The notes under the pieces are model-generated. The model did no database searches. It saw only the letters and a program-made list of their open reading frames with translations, and was not told where the DNA came from. A DNA stretch of 63,078 bases, the filler included, from Bipalium vagum (taxonomy: Eukaryota): the NCBI GenBank assembly GCA_037834085.1. It is 3 parts of 3 records of this genome, joined end to end, with 100 filler letters (N's around TTAATTAATTAA, not from the genome) between each part and the next. Parts side by side here need not be neighbours in the genome. Positions count along the whole stretch, not along the records: positions 27,367 to 45,168 come from JBBMKC010050585.1; positions 45,269 to 63,078 come from JBBMKC010049845.1; 1 more part is not named here. One strand, written 5' to 3'. This document shows positions 42,560 through 54,376 of this stretch, in pieces (positions within the stretch are counted from its first letter, which is position 1; the number at the start of each line of letters is the position of its first letter). Made by a program: the position numbers and the translations under genes.

Positions 42560-43000
42560 AACGTGATCAACACTTAACATATCCAAAATAATCAGGACCA
42601 TAACGGATTGATATCAGTGCATAATAAAATTCACCTGTCAACTTGGAAAAAGAGATCGCCGGCAGTTTAGTTGATTCGCCCTTTTCCTCACAACACAGTG
42701 TGTATGCATGATAGCAGCATAGGAGCATTTCGTTCATGCACTGTTCTTGACCAAATTTTGACAATCCCACAAAACATATGGATATAGGGACATAAGAAAG
42801 GATAAATGCAACTCATTTTAGATAAACCAAAGAAAAATCCACTAAATTCTACATCAAAATGTGATCCATCAATATCCCTCGCCTGATTCTCAAGAAACTC
42901 ATTACTAATGAAGTTGAAACTGAGTATAAACCTCATATTAAAGTCGGAAGTGTTTAAATTAGATATAGGACAACTACATAAATGTGACGCATAGTTTAAT
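42560..43000 (-). mobile_element. hAT transposase remnant (GTF2IRD2/ZBED5-like)
   Basis: Across frames: MRFILSFNFISNEFL (F.R....I.EEFL), GIVK...HTHCVV (G.V...HC..H), RANQLNCRR (RA..LNHR). Confidence 0.5.
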
Positions 43001-43162
43001 AAGTTAGTCTTTTAAAGCTTATCTACTTTACATTAGCTACATTGTTAATGTTCCGGTTCACTCCGTCCATTCAGATTTAATTATAAACTCTGGTATTTCG
43101 ATATTGTAATCTTCATTGTTGACAAACAAATTTGACTTTCTTTGTTTTTTTTAAAAATTATT

Positions 43163-43571
43163 GGTCAGACAATTTTATAATTAAAGTTTTGATGTAGGTA
43201 TTATTTGTGTAATTTTCAGCTGCTTTTTTGTGTTAAAGAGAAATACTTAAATATTTTAATTTTACTTATTTTTAGGCAATCATATTTTGTTTAGTACAAA
43301 ATACGAAAAAATTAATGAATATTTAACAATCATTTGACTAAGAAAAGAAAATATTTAACAATTTCAGTTTCAATAATTTTTATAAATTAAGAATGCAAAT
43401 CAACCCAGAAATAATTTCCGTTAACGTAGCAACCAGATATTTATGCAAAATTCAAACAAAGATATACGTTTCTTTAATTTTTTCAATCGCATCAAATAAA
43501 TCCAGTTCAAAATAATTGAAGCACAAAGCAGCTGAAAATGACAACATAACACTTACTCTTTATAACTGACC
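43163..43571. mobile_element. MITE-like element with long imperfect TIRs
   Basis: GGTCAG...ATTTTCAGCTGCTTT at left is inverted as AAAGCAGCTGAAAAT...CTGACC at right, followed by TTAA. Confidence 0.5.
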
Positions 43572-43894
43572 TTAAATAGAAAACAAAGCATCATTAATTA
43601 TACATTTTATAAAAAACATTGCTTACAAAATTGTATACATATATAATCACAACATTAAGTATAGAACAAGGCATAAATCAAAGCATTCCCAATAAAAAAT
43701 AATTGAACATAAACAATAAGTAAACATTGACACATTAATTTATTTAATCAAATAATTGGTTGCGATTTCACAAAGAATTCGGTACAAATTAAATTTTATC
43801 CGAACATTACTAACGTGCTATGGTGTATAAATATACAATGAAACAACAAATACATCAATACCAAAAAATTATAAAACACCCTAAAACATTGATT

Positions 43895-44341
43895 TTAAGA
43901 CCCCTGTTTTGTTGTAGCGGGCGTCGTTTCACCCTTCTTTTTTAACAAAGACGGATGAATACAAGGAAGAACACCCCCAGAACTTATATGAACGTTTTTC
44001 AGAAGTTCATTTAATTCTGCATCGTTTCTTACACCAAGCATGATGTGTCGAGGAGTTATTGTACGTCTTAATTGAGATCAATTAAATCAAATTGCAATAT
44101 GTTAGAATATCCACCTTTTGTTGGCCTTTGCTGCGTTACCTGATAATTCATTTACTTCAGCCACCAAATATTCAATTACTGCAGACATATAAACTGCGGC
44201 TCCTATTGATATTCTTTGAGCATAGCGACCTTTTTTCAAATATCTTTGTAATCTACTAACAGGCATAACAAGACCAGCTTTTTGTGTTTTGGACTGACGC
44301 TTCGTTCCAGGTTGCTTGCGTGATTTTCCTCGTCCGGACAT
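43895..44341 (-). CDS. H2A: Divergent intron-containing histone H2A variant, 132 aa; exons 44341-44115 and 44066-43895
   Basis: [76 protein letters not shown]^[56 protein letters not shown]. Removing the 48-nt GT-AG intron (44114-44067) restores a full histone fold; AATAAA lies at 43739-43744 on the minus strand. Confidence 0.93.
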
Positions 44342-45168
44342 TGTCAACTTATTATACAATTACAAAAAATGAAAATTCAAAAAAATACTTACTGAAAAAA
44401 ATTTCAATTAAATTATTATTAACACGAAACAAAATGGCAGCTGATTTTTGTAAAACAAAACCTTTTGTGCTGGAGATTAAAATTTTCAAGAATTCTTATT
44501 TAAGAAAATTTTATAAAATTAAAGTTGAAGTAATTTTTTTCTACTAGATATATTATAATTTTAAGAAGACTCTAAATTTTTTAAATTTTAATAAGTCATT
44601 TTTAAATTACTTATATAACTCAGTGATTTACATAATATAATATTAGATGTATTTCATTATTTCAATATAGAAGATTTTCAACAGAAAACCATTTTTGATT
44701 TATATATATTATTTTGGCTAATATATTTCTTTATTTTAATATAAATACAAACTTGAAACAAATGGATTTTATTGTAAAATTTTTAAAATTAAATTGCTTT
44801 GCCTTTAAATTAAAAAAATACTTAAGAAAACTAATTTTTAAACCTCCATAAATTAATAACTATTAATATAAGATTAACTTTTATTTTTACAAATATAATG
44901 CAGAAAATAATATTTTTCGAAATTTCATGCTAATTTTTAATTTAATACTTAGACTTATAACACCGATCTTTCAGTTTTTATATTCAGATTTAGTAGACAT
45001 CACCACAAAATTGAACTGTAACGTTCTCGGTTTTACTAACTTTTCACTTTGTGTTCATTAAAATCTTCTTTGAATCAAAATACCTGTGGAGACTACGAGG
45101 AGTTCAATCATCTGGAGTCCAATCATCAAAGCCATCCTAAAACTTTATTGAGTGCATCAATCAACTTT

Positions 45169-45268
45169 NNNNNNNNNNNNNNNNNNNNNNNNNNNNNNNN
45201 NNNNNNNNNNNNTTAATTAATTAANNNNNNNNNNNNNNNNNNNNNNNNNNNNNNNNNNNNNNNNNNNN
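45169..45268. other. Artificial gap spacer N44-TTAATTAATTAA-N44
   Basis: Identical 100-nt spacer with the six-frame stop cassette at 45213-45224. Confidence 0.97.
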
Positions 45269-45470
45269 AGAAGGATGTTAATCAACATTACCACACATCT
45301 GTCGACTCTCTAAAAATTAAAATACAAGAAGTGATGACGAATCTTTAAATAGTGATGCGAGAAATTGTCGACATATCTATGTGTCTGGTCAATGAGATTA
45401 AGAAATTTTTTGCACATGTCGATACCAATTTCATTCTATAATTTTCGAGTTATATTTGGCTAAGCTCTGT
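45269..45470 (+). mobile_element. 3' end of a DD37D (maT)-like element
   Basis: (E)KDVNQHYHTSVDSLKIKIQEVMTNL resembles the C-terminus of the 55929-57242 transposase; ends ...CTG-TA. Confidence 0.5.
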
Positions 45471-46816
45471 AATATGTTGAAAATATTCACACAATATTTC
45501 TTAACATTTTCCTTTAAAAAATGTCCTTTAATCAATATCGATTGAAAGTGTAAATATAATTATTGCTCAATATTATGAAAACTAATTACGGTAAAATTCA
45601 TTCAAAGTTATATCAGAATGTTAATAATTTACAACATATATTAATTTTATAATTTCTTAAAAATTATAATTAACCTTTTTCTATATTAAAAATTAAACAT
45701 TTATTTAAGAGCTTTTTCATTAAGGCAACCTCAGGTAATTAATTATTCAGCTCAGAATACATTCGATCTGAACTGAATAATTGTAGCTCTCAATAATCCA
45801 TTAATGGAAAAGAAAACCTGGTGGAAATAGAACGAAGATATCCGACTTAAAAGGTAATTGATTTTTCAACCCAGCCGAATACGTTCGGGCTTAACTGAGT
45901 AATTAAAAGCTCCCTGTTTATCCATTATCAAATAGTCATTGGCTGGCGAAGAGACTAATTTAAATATAATGGAGCATCAGTGTCCATAATCACATAGAGT
46001 CGCTCGAGATTTAGACGAAAATCAGAGGGAAAATTTAGCAACAAATTAGAGAAATAAATTATGAAATAAAATTGTACACTGAGATAAAGATAGAATCAGA
46101 GTGAATCGAGAAAACTGGATAGGATAATTACAGAATAAAGTGGTCGACCTTTATATTACTATTTGTGATTTGATACTTTTGTTTTCCTTTCTTGGTAATT
46201 GAAAAAAAATTTATCAATATTTTTTTTGCCCGCATAGAGAGCGGACCAAAAGAAAATCACTGGAATCAGAAAGATATAATAGATAGTTTAGAACAAAGGA
46301 TAAAAATAAACTGATTAATATTCTTTAGAATATTAACATTAGTTTTAACTCTCTCTTAGGCTTATTTCAATTTTTCTAACATGTTTTAACCCTAATAAAA
46401 CTCTAGTAAAGAGGAATATCAAGAATGATACTTGATTCAAAATAATTAATCATGAAATTAAAATATATAGATAATCCTGGGAAAATTCAATCCAAAATAA
46501 AAGCATTTTTTCAGTGGATAGACTTTCTTCAAGTCATTTTTAAGTGAAATTTAATTTCCATTACTATTGAAAAAAGAATAAGAAAAACAAAGAATTCAAA
46601 GATCCCGAAGTTAACATTTTGATCTTATAACAGTGAATCGATCCTTGTTATAATCGTGTGAGAGAGAAGTAAGACAGGTAAAAACTAGGATAAAAAGGTG
46701 AATCGAATCTAATTGAAAAAAATTAAACGCGTACGTTAAAATATCCAAAACAATAAATGAGTCAGATTAACAATTTATTATGGGTTTTATTAAGTACTTT
46801 TTCACTCCTTCATTCG

Positions 46817-48247
46817 TCAGAGGAAATAAGGCGTGGTAATACGTGGTGGAATGGTTCGATTTTCATCCGGAACGGCGTTAAATTGTAAGATGTTGGGCCT
46901 ATCAGTGTTGTTCTTGAACTCTAATACTGCAGCCATGTTACCACACCGGTAACAGTAGTTAGGAGCCGACCATACTGTCACTAATTGATTGTTGAATTGA
47001 TATCGAATACCTTCTTGAATCAACTGATGAGCTCGACAAAGTAAAGTTAGACCGTTTACATGAAGAAATTCTTTTGTGACCTGAAAAGAAGGTTCAGGTA
47101 AAAGGTCAAACAAATCATTTTTGCTTCAGTTTCACTTTTATAATAAATTTGATAATTAGCTAAATAATATATAATTTAATTTGATCTATTTTTACAATGT
47201 TTAATAAAAATAAGTATAATTTCGATTTTTAACCATTTCCAAGAATTTAGTCTTAGAAAAGTATAAAAATAACTATAATAATAGTCATATATATACACGT
47301 TTCTTTTTTAAAATAGAGTTTAGTAGGAGACTGGTGAAATGATGAAAAAACAATTAATTTTTAAAATAATTTCAATAAACTTGTATAAATTACATAACTT
47401 GAACATTTTTTAAGTAAGCGTGTTAAATTCAATCGAAATTTACAAAGTTCAATAAGCAATTTGAGAGAAGTATAGTTATAATATTTGAATATATTACTTC
47501 AGCTTTTTAAAAAGAATCAATAATTAATTCAAAATAAAACATTTTCAATAACCTGTTCTCCAAATAAATACCCAGCTCCTCGAGGACTGGGTCGCCAATT
47601 CTGAATGACATCATCTGGATCTGACCAAACCAAGTCACAGAAAGGTCCTTTTTGTGGTATTTCTTGGTTACGGTCCAATAACTGAATTTGATCACATGAA
47701 TTTATTTCAGGTGACAAACCACCATGGACACACAATATGGTATCATCAATTAATGCAGCAATCGTCATTAAGTCAAATAATTTACAACATCGTTTCCATG
47801 GCTCAGCATTTCCGTATTTATTAAGACATTCATCATAGAAACCATAAACCTATACAATAATACAATAGATACCATCCATTAAAAATTACACACTTGAGTA
47901 ATTTGTCGACTTTCATGATTTCCTCTCAATAGAGTAATTTTTTCTGGATATTTCGCTTTTAAGACAAGTAACAATGTCAACGTTTCAAGACTATAATATC
48001 CTCGATCAACAAAATCACCCATAAATATATAATTTGTATGTACAATATCTCCACCAGTTCTGAAAAGTTCTAATAAATCATAGAACTGCCCATGAATATC
48101 TCCACATATAGTAACTGGTGTACTAACAGGTTGAATGTTGCATTCTTCAATTAATAGCAAACTAACAAAATCACAAAGTCGATTCAGATCGTTTTCAGGG
48201 AGATATTTACATTTATAGGCATGTTCAAGCCATTCATCGATATTCAT
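46817..48247 (-). CDS. PPP6C: Serine/threonine protein phosphatase 6 catalytic subunit, 304 aa; exons 48247-47894, 47849-47553, 47080-46817
   Basis: PPP motifs [28 protein letters not shown]; PP6-specific N-terminus [13 protein letters not shown] and C-terminus TTPYFL. Phase-0 GT-AG introns of 44 nt and 472 nt join ITQ^VYGFYDE and FGEQ^VTKEF. Confidence 0.96.
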
Positions 48248-50189
48248 TTTTACCTAAAATTATTTTGAATAAATATAATGTTACAAGAAATATCAAAATC
48301 CGTTAATTTTAAAATCATGCAATTATTTACATAAATTAAATTTAATTTAAACAAAAATATAACACGATGTAAATATTTTATATTTAAATAAAGTTACAAT
48401 ATGTTAAATATTTATAAGATTTATGAAAGTAGTAGTGTTTTATTGTTGTATTATTGATATTTACTTATTAATTTATTTAAATGTGTTTATGTTAGGTATA
48501 AGAAGAAAATAATAGGTATAAATAAGAAAATTTGATTTAAAAGAGGAAGACGTAATAAATGTACTGTAAATTATTAAACTCAAACATTTTTTTGATTTAT
48601 TTTATAAATCTTTTAGAAATAATTCATGATAAAAATTTAATCAAATTATACAAACTATATAGCAATTTAATTCATTTAAAAATTTTGAATCCGTAGAGTT
48701 ATGACCCGGATCCACTTAAAAGTGATCACAGCCTGACTCCAAAAATGGCCATTTTAAATGAGGTGCTAATTACTTACCTTTTGGTTGGTGTTTGTTAGGG
48801 AATTGCTATGTTCTTAGCTGAAGCGTCCTAAATCCTTGATCGCATTAGTAAGGACAATAATATTTTCCATAAGAAAGTATATTGATTTTGATATTTTTGA
48901 GCGGGATTGACATAGAGACAAATGATTACAATGACTACGATTGATTATCGACTCTAGTTGAAACTGATTATATGCGGTATTGAGTAAAGATTAGCCAGAA
49001 AGTTTGCAGATCATCAATTAATTTTTTTGCAATCTGATTTTGGACAAAGGAGTATTTATTCTTTATTTACTTTTGAACAAGTGAAAAAAGCGTCCCTAGT
49101 TTTTATTCGTATTTAGTTTAAATTAATTTGGTGTTTTTTTCATAAATATTTATGAAGGAAACAGTACTAAAGTTTAATTAGAAATTAACTTAAAGCAAAT
49201 AAAAATTCTATTAAATTCAAAAAGAATTTCTGTTTTTTGATTAAAGAAATTAAAAAATTATAATTTACTGTTATTCAAAAAAATTGTAGACTGAAGAAAT
49301 TTTTCTCGGGTTTTTTCCTGATCGCTGTTGGTCTTGTTTGCTTTTCTAATTGATTAGTAAACACAGAATTGATTGAAAAATATTCTTCTGGTTATTGTCT
49401 ATGTAATCCGTTCTATAATATTTGGTGATTTTCTCAATTAGTGAATGAATCCAGACTTATTGTTTATTAACAAAATTTCTAAGCGATCAAAATTTTGATC
49501 GGAAATAAAATGATTAATTTTTTCCAAAGCTTCATATGGATAATCTAGGTCTTTTACCACCATCAAGTCGACTGCAATCCATATATTAACTATTCTATAA
49601 TTCATTTCATAAGTTCTATCAACTTTCACTAACACTTTAAAATTGAAAAACCAAGATAAAGAAATTATTTAACTTTTAAAGCAGTCTCCATCACTTTCAA
49701 TGAGCAGTATCTATTCACAAATATAATTTTCATTATCAGGTTTATAAAATTCTCTGTTGATATTTCTTTCGAGGCTAACTGACAGGAAAGGAAAGAACGC
49801 GCCTGGTAGCCCAAGAATTAGAAAAACATATTTCATCTTCTCCTCACCATGAGTAGATCATTATATCCATGAATCAATTTATTTTCTGAAAAAATGGATA
49901 ATACATGTTAGTGCGAATTTTATAAAAAATAAATCACTAAAAAATTAAGTCATCATGAAAATACGATAAAACATGAAAAAATTAAAAAATGAAAATACAA
50001 TGGTTAAAAAGCACAAAAATAATAGCAAAAAAGTAATTTTAAATATTTTAGAAGTTCAACAAAAATAGACAAGTTTGTTTTAACAAAAAGAATAGATTTA
50101 CAATTGGCTATTACAAATAATAATTTTTAAAATTAATTTTCAGTAAGATCTTTTAATAAAACAAACGCTTTTAATAAAACAAATTTACC

Positions 50190-50492
50190 ATGTCTGTGTC
50201 ACATAATGATAAGCGTTTAGAAAACTATGAAGAAATATTAAATAAATATTATGAAACAGAAGAATTAAATATTTTCCAAATTTCTAAACCAGATTCCATT
50301 CCAATAGATATAATTAAAAAAGCAGCAATGAAACATGATGTAAAATATCTTTCAAAAGATTTAAAAGATCGTCATGTTGCTGATGTTGAAATGATGCATG
50401 AAATGAAAAATATTAAAAATGCAACCCCAGGAGAAAAACTTGAAAAAGTTTTAGTAAAATTAATTGTGAAAAGCAAGATCACCGTTGATTAA
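50190..50492 (+). pseudogene. Parvovirus-type phospholipase A2 domain (PLA2X) of a Maverick/Polinton/adintovirus-like element
   Basis: PIDIIKKAAMKHDVKY...RHVADVEM matches P.N..D.AA..HD..Y...R..AD; the YxGPG Ca-binding loop is not seen; it lies directly upstream of the integrase. Confidence 0.7.
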
Positions 50493-50900
50493 GGAGAATT
50501 ATATCCTCCTTTTGTCTTAGGTTTACGATTAGAAAGGTTTGCAAAAAATATTATCAATGAAAAATTCTAATAATTAAAACCACAATAAAGAAAACATTCA
50601 GCAAATGAAAGGATTTTAGAAAACCTAAACAAGTATCTTAAAGTTAAGGTCTTTAATAAAGATGATATTTGGTGTGTAGATTTAACCTTTGTACCAGAAG
50701 AGAAAGATTATAAAAAATATTAACAGTTATTGATTTATACGCAAGATATGCTTTTACTATTCCTTAAAAAAATAATACTGGAAAATTTATAATAGATGCT
50801 TTTGATCAAATATTTGAAGACTACCAAAGAAAGCTAAAAACTTTGGGTTGATGAAGGTACTGAATTTTACAATAGTTCATTTGAGGATTTTTATGATGAT

Positions 50901-52832
50901 TAGGGCAAGTTAAATGCAACATAAATGTCATTTTTTGCATTATTTCAATTTTAAAATGCAAAGATTTAAAAGATTTATAATGGTGAATTTGTGTATCATT
51001 CTCAAGATAAGTTATATTGTAAAATTTTTGATACTTTTGTTAAACATGATAAGAAATATTATGTAGCTACTCATCGGAAATGTAAGAGATATTATATGTA
51101 TATTGATTTTTGACATTTTTTATAAATGTAGAAGCAAAGCCTATATATTCAAAAGAAACTTGAAACACAAATGATTAAAAAGGTCGATATAGGCTTTTTA
51201 ACCGGAGCTTACAGTCAATATATTGAGATATTCGTTAAAGCATTAACGTCTGCCAATATTCCCTAGAACAAGTTAAATAATCCAGAAATAATTAAAAATT
51301 TTTCAATATCTTGGTAAACCGCCCATTTTCAAAACAAAGACAAGGTTATATATCTTCCAAAAAATGAAAAATGAAGATATGCCAAAAATAAATAATTATT
51401 TTACAGATGAAAAGATATTTATCGAAATCGACGAAAGTGAAATTATATGTAATAAATATGTAAATATACTATCTGGTATCATAATTACTCCTAGTTGTTC
51501 TGTCATGGTCTTCACGAATACCATCTTCATATTCTTTAGCGATTTGCTGTATTCGTCGAAGACTTATAATTTTATCTTCTCCCCAACGTGTAACCAACAA
51601 TCTGTGGATGACGACGCATGAAAAATTATTGCCAACCAGAGTGTCAATAAAAAAATAAATATCACTTTGTGATGCCATCTAAAACTGAAAAAAAAGAAAT
51701 TTAAATTGGTATACATAGATTATCAAATTAAATTTTCAATTGATTTATTCAAACAATAAAACTTGTAATCATAAATAATGAAATTTATTAAATCTAATAA
51801 ACATATATTTATTTATTAATTTATAATGAAAATATAATTTTGTAAAAACGAAGTTTTTTTGCGGACCCCTATATTTTTATTAAACGTAAATGAAGTGGTA
51901 GATGTTTCAGTTGATAATGAGCTTATTTTGGATTATCTAGATGTAACATTAAATTTCTTCAATATAAAACTGAGCCAGCTTATTTTAATAATTACGAACG
52001 CAGCCAAATATATGATAAAAGCTTTTAAAGTATTAAATAATCAAATCAAGTTCTTTTTTCATATGCATTGCCTTGGACATTGAAGTCATAATTGTGCCAT
52101 GAAAATAATTCAAGTTATATTAATGTTGATTATTGTATTGCCAGAATTAAATTAATCCCAATAAAAAATAAAGCAATACAGTTCTTCCAAAGACATATGA
52201 AAGCCTCTAGAAATGTTATTATTATTAGATGGTCAACAGGGCTGAAAGTAGTATTCTATTATTCTACGAATTTTCCAGTTACGAAAAAAATTGTTAACTC
52301 TATCAAAGATGACGGGATATTAATTAAGCGTGCTAAAGAGGCTTTGGATAATGAAAATGTATTTTTGGAAATAATGGAAATACTAGAAAATTATAGTGGT
52401 TTTATTGATATTTTAGATAAATTTAAGGATTCAAAATATAATATTGGAAAAGGATATCATGCCGTTTTTAACTTAGATTTTGGAAGAGACCCTTTAGAAT
52501 TAAAAATTTATACACATAAGAGATTTAAAGGATAACGGAGCATCGAAATTACTATTATTTAATAAAGAAGAAATATCTCCACCGGACTATATAAATTTAA
52601 ATAAATGTCCACCAACTAATATTGCAGTAGAGCGAAGCTTTTCCATGTTAGGAAAATGTTTGTTAGAGACAGAAATTTTATAATTGAAAATATTTATCAT
52701 TGTTTTTTATAATATTATAATGCTTTTCCACAATAAATCTTGTTATGTAATATTGTTTTTATTTTTTAAATGCCATTTTCCTGCAGTTTTTGAGAAATAA
52801 TGCATTTTTAGTGCCATTTTAAACTTTTCCTG
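50901..52832 (+). mobile_element. hAT transposon (CGGBP1/DUF659-like), 1932 bp, 8-bp TSD ATGATGAT
   Basis: TSD at 50893-50900 and 52833-52840; imperfect TIRs TAGGGCAAGTT-AAA and revcomp CAGGAAAAGTTTAAA; motifs QDKLYCK, IEIDESE, ITNAAKYM, HMHCLGH, IRWSTGL, CPPTNIAVERSFSML. Confidence 0.88.
51480..51870 (-). mobile_element. 5' fragment of a mariner-like element nested in the hAT
   Basis: TIR-like TATAGGGGTCCGCAAAAAAAC; ORF 51469-51678 IHRLLVTRWGEDKIISLRRIQQIAKEYEDG is an HTH-type transposase N-terminus; it interrupts the hAT reading YVNILSG / IFLLNV. Confidence 0.65.
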
Positions 52833-53138
52833 ATGATGATAATGAAATAAAAATATATTTAACTGAAAATGAAGAAAACTTTGCTGTCATTGAAAGATTT
52901 AATAAAACTTTGAAGAATATGATGGTTTAAATATTGACGGAACAAAGGAAACAAAAAATGGTCACATCTTTTACCTCAACTAATTAATTTTTATACCAAT
53001 AAAAAAATTAGATCAATTGCTATATTTCCTAAAGAAGCATGTAAAAATCCAGCAAAGATGTCAGAGCCTTAAAATCGTCCTTTAAAAGTAAAACCTCGTT
53101 TCAATATTAGTGATAAAGTTCAAATTTTTAAAATAATA

Positions 53139-54376
53139 TTAGATGTTCAACTATGACTCGGGCTTTTTTTAAAAAGAAAACAAAGACATTTATTAAAAAA
53201 ATGTTCCATTGGAAGCTACAACCTTTGCCTACCTTTAAGGTAACGAATGCATTCCATGAAAGAAAAACTCTGGCTCTTTTGATGAAATCCAGCTCTCAAT
53301 CCAATTTTGGAGGTCTACAAGGGAACTTAACCGCTCTCCGAAAAGTGCTGATTGCAAAGAGCGGAACAAATGATAATCATAAGGAGCGATGTCTGATGAA
53401 TAGGGTGGGTGAGGTAAGACTTCCCACTTTGTACCTTCTAATTAATTATTTACAACTGAATTAACGTGTGGTCTTGGGTTATCGTGTTGTAAAAATATCT
53501 TTTCGTGTCTAGTCACCCATTCCGGTCGTTTTTCATTCAAAGCTTGCTTCAAACGAATTAATTGTGATCGATAAAGGGAAGATTTTAAAAATTCATAATA
53601 ATCACTCCTTTCTGATCCCACTAGATACACAACATAACTTTCAAACCGTGGACATTTTGTTTCGGTGTTGATGGACCGGGTTTACCTGGCACCACCCAAG
53701 CTACTTTGCGTTTTTGACTGTCATAAAGAATCCATTTTTCGTCTCCTGTGATAATTCGATGGAAAAACCTTTTCCTTTATTTTCTCTGAAGAAGGAGATC
53801 ACAAATTGTTTTTCACTGTTCAATGCATCTTTCTGTCAATTCATGTGGGATGCAAATTCCTAATTTTTGAATAATTCCTAAAGCTGCCAGACGTTTTGAC
53901 ATGCATTGTTGAGTCCCATTTAATGCGACAGCCAGATCAGATTGTGTTTGGCATGAACTTCGTCCAACAGCATTCTCAAATCTCTATCTTCACATTTTTC
54001 TGTGGCTTCCCATGTTCCTTGTCGTTTGTATCATATTGGCCATTTCTAAAACGGCAAAAACAATCTCTACACGTGGTCATCGAGGGAGCATGTTCTCCAT
54101 ATGTATCTCGAAGCAAGCGGTACGTTTCCGCTACAGTTTTTTTGGCAAAAAAGTAATGTAGAATTACTTCCCACTAATTTCGTTTATTTGGAATGAATAT
54201 TGACATTTTGAATCACTGTAATATTTAAACAAGGTATATTAAAACAACTGTCTCGTGATATTATTATTTATATGGTATTTTTGTTTTTAAATCCATTCAA
54301 TATAATTTAGATATAAATGCATACAAAATTTTTATTAACATTTTAAAAAAAGCCGGGGTCATAGTTGTACACCTAA
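53139..54376 (-). mobile_element. Full-length degenerate mariner, mauritiana (Mos1-like) subfamily, 1238 bp
   Basis: 36-bp TIRs TTAG(A/G)TGT(T/A)CAACTATGAC(T/C)C(G/C)GGCTTTTTTTAAAA (4 mismatches), TA on both flanks; MSIFIPNKRN*...KKTVAETYRLL...DKEHGKP, ITGDEKWI, KIFLQHDNPRPH. Confidence 0.92.

Noticed and set aside
42567-42936. Apparent macro domain downstream of the H2A gene (MLLCCYHAYTLCCEEKGESTKLPAIS resembles LLxSCY...SIAFPAIS), which would suggest a split macroH2A
   Set aside because: The surrounding and overlapping frames carry an ordered series of hAT transposase motifs (RF...I.NEFL, GIVK...THC, RA..LN.R), and the macro N-terminal motifs are missing. The resemblance is more likely coincidental; a Macro-domain HMM search of all three frames would settle it.
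44342-44359. Upstream start MYNKLT of the H2A ORF
   Set aside because: It uses a non-ATG start; the conserved MSGRGK begins at 44341.
48428-48436. AGTAGTAGT as a Maverick terminus
   Set aside because: No matching inverted terminus is visible, and it lies in the PPP6C upstream region; a trinucleotide run this short is expected by chance.
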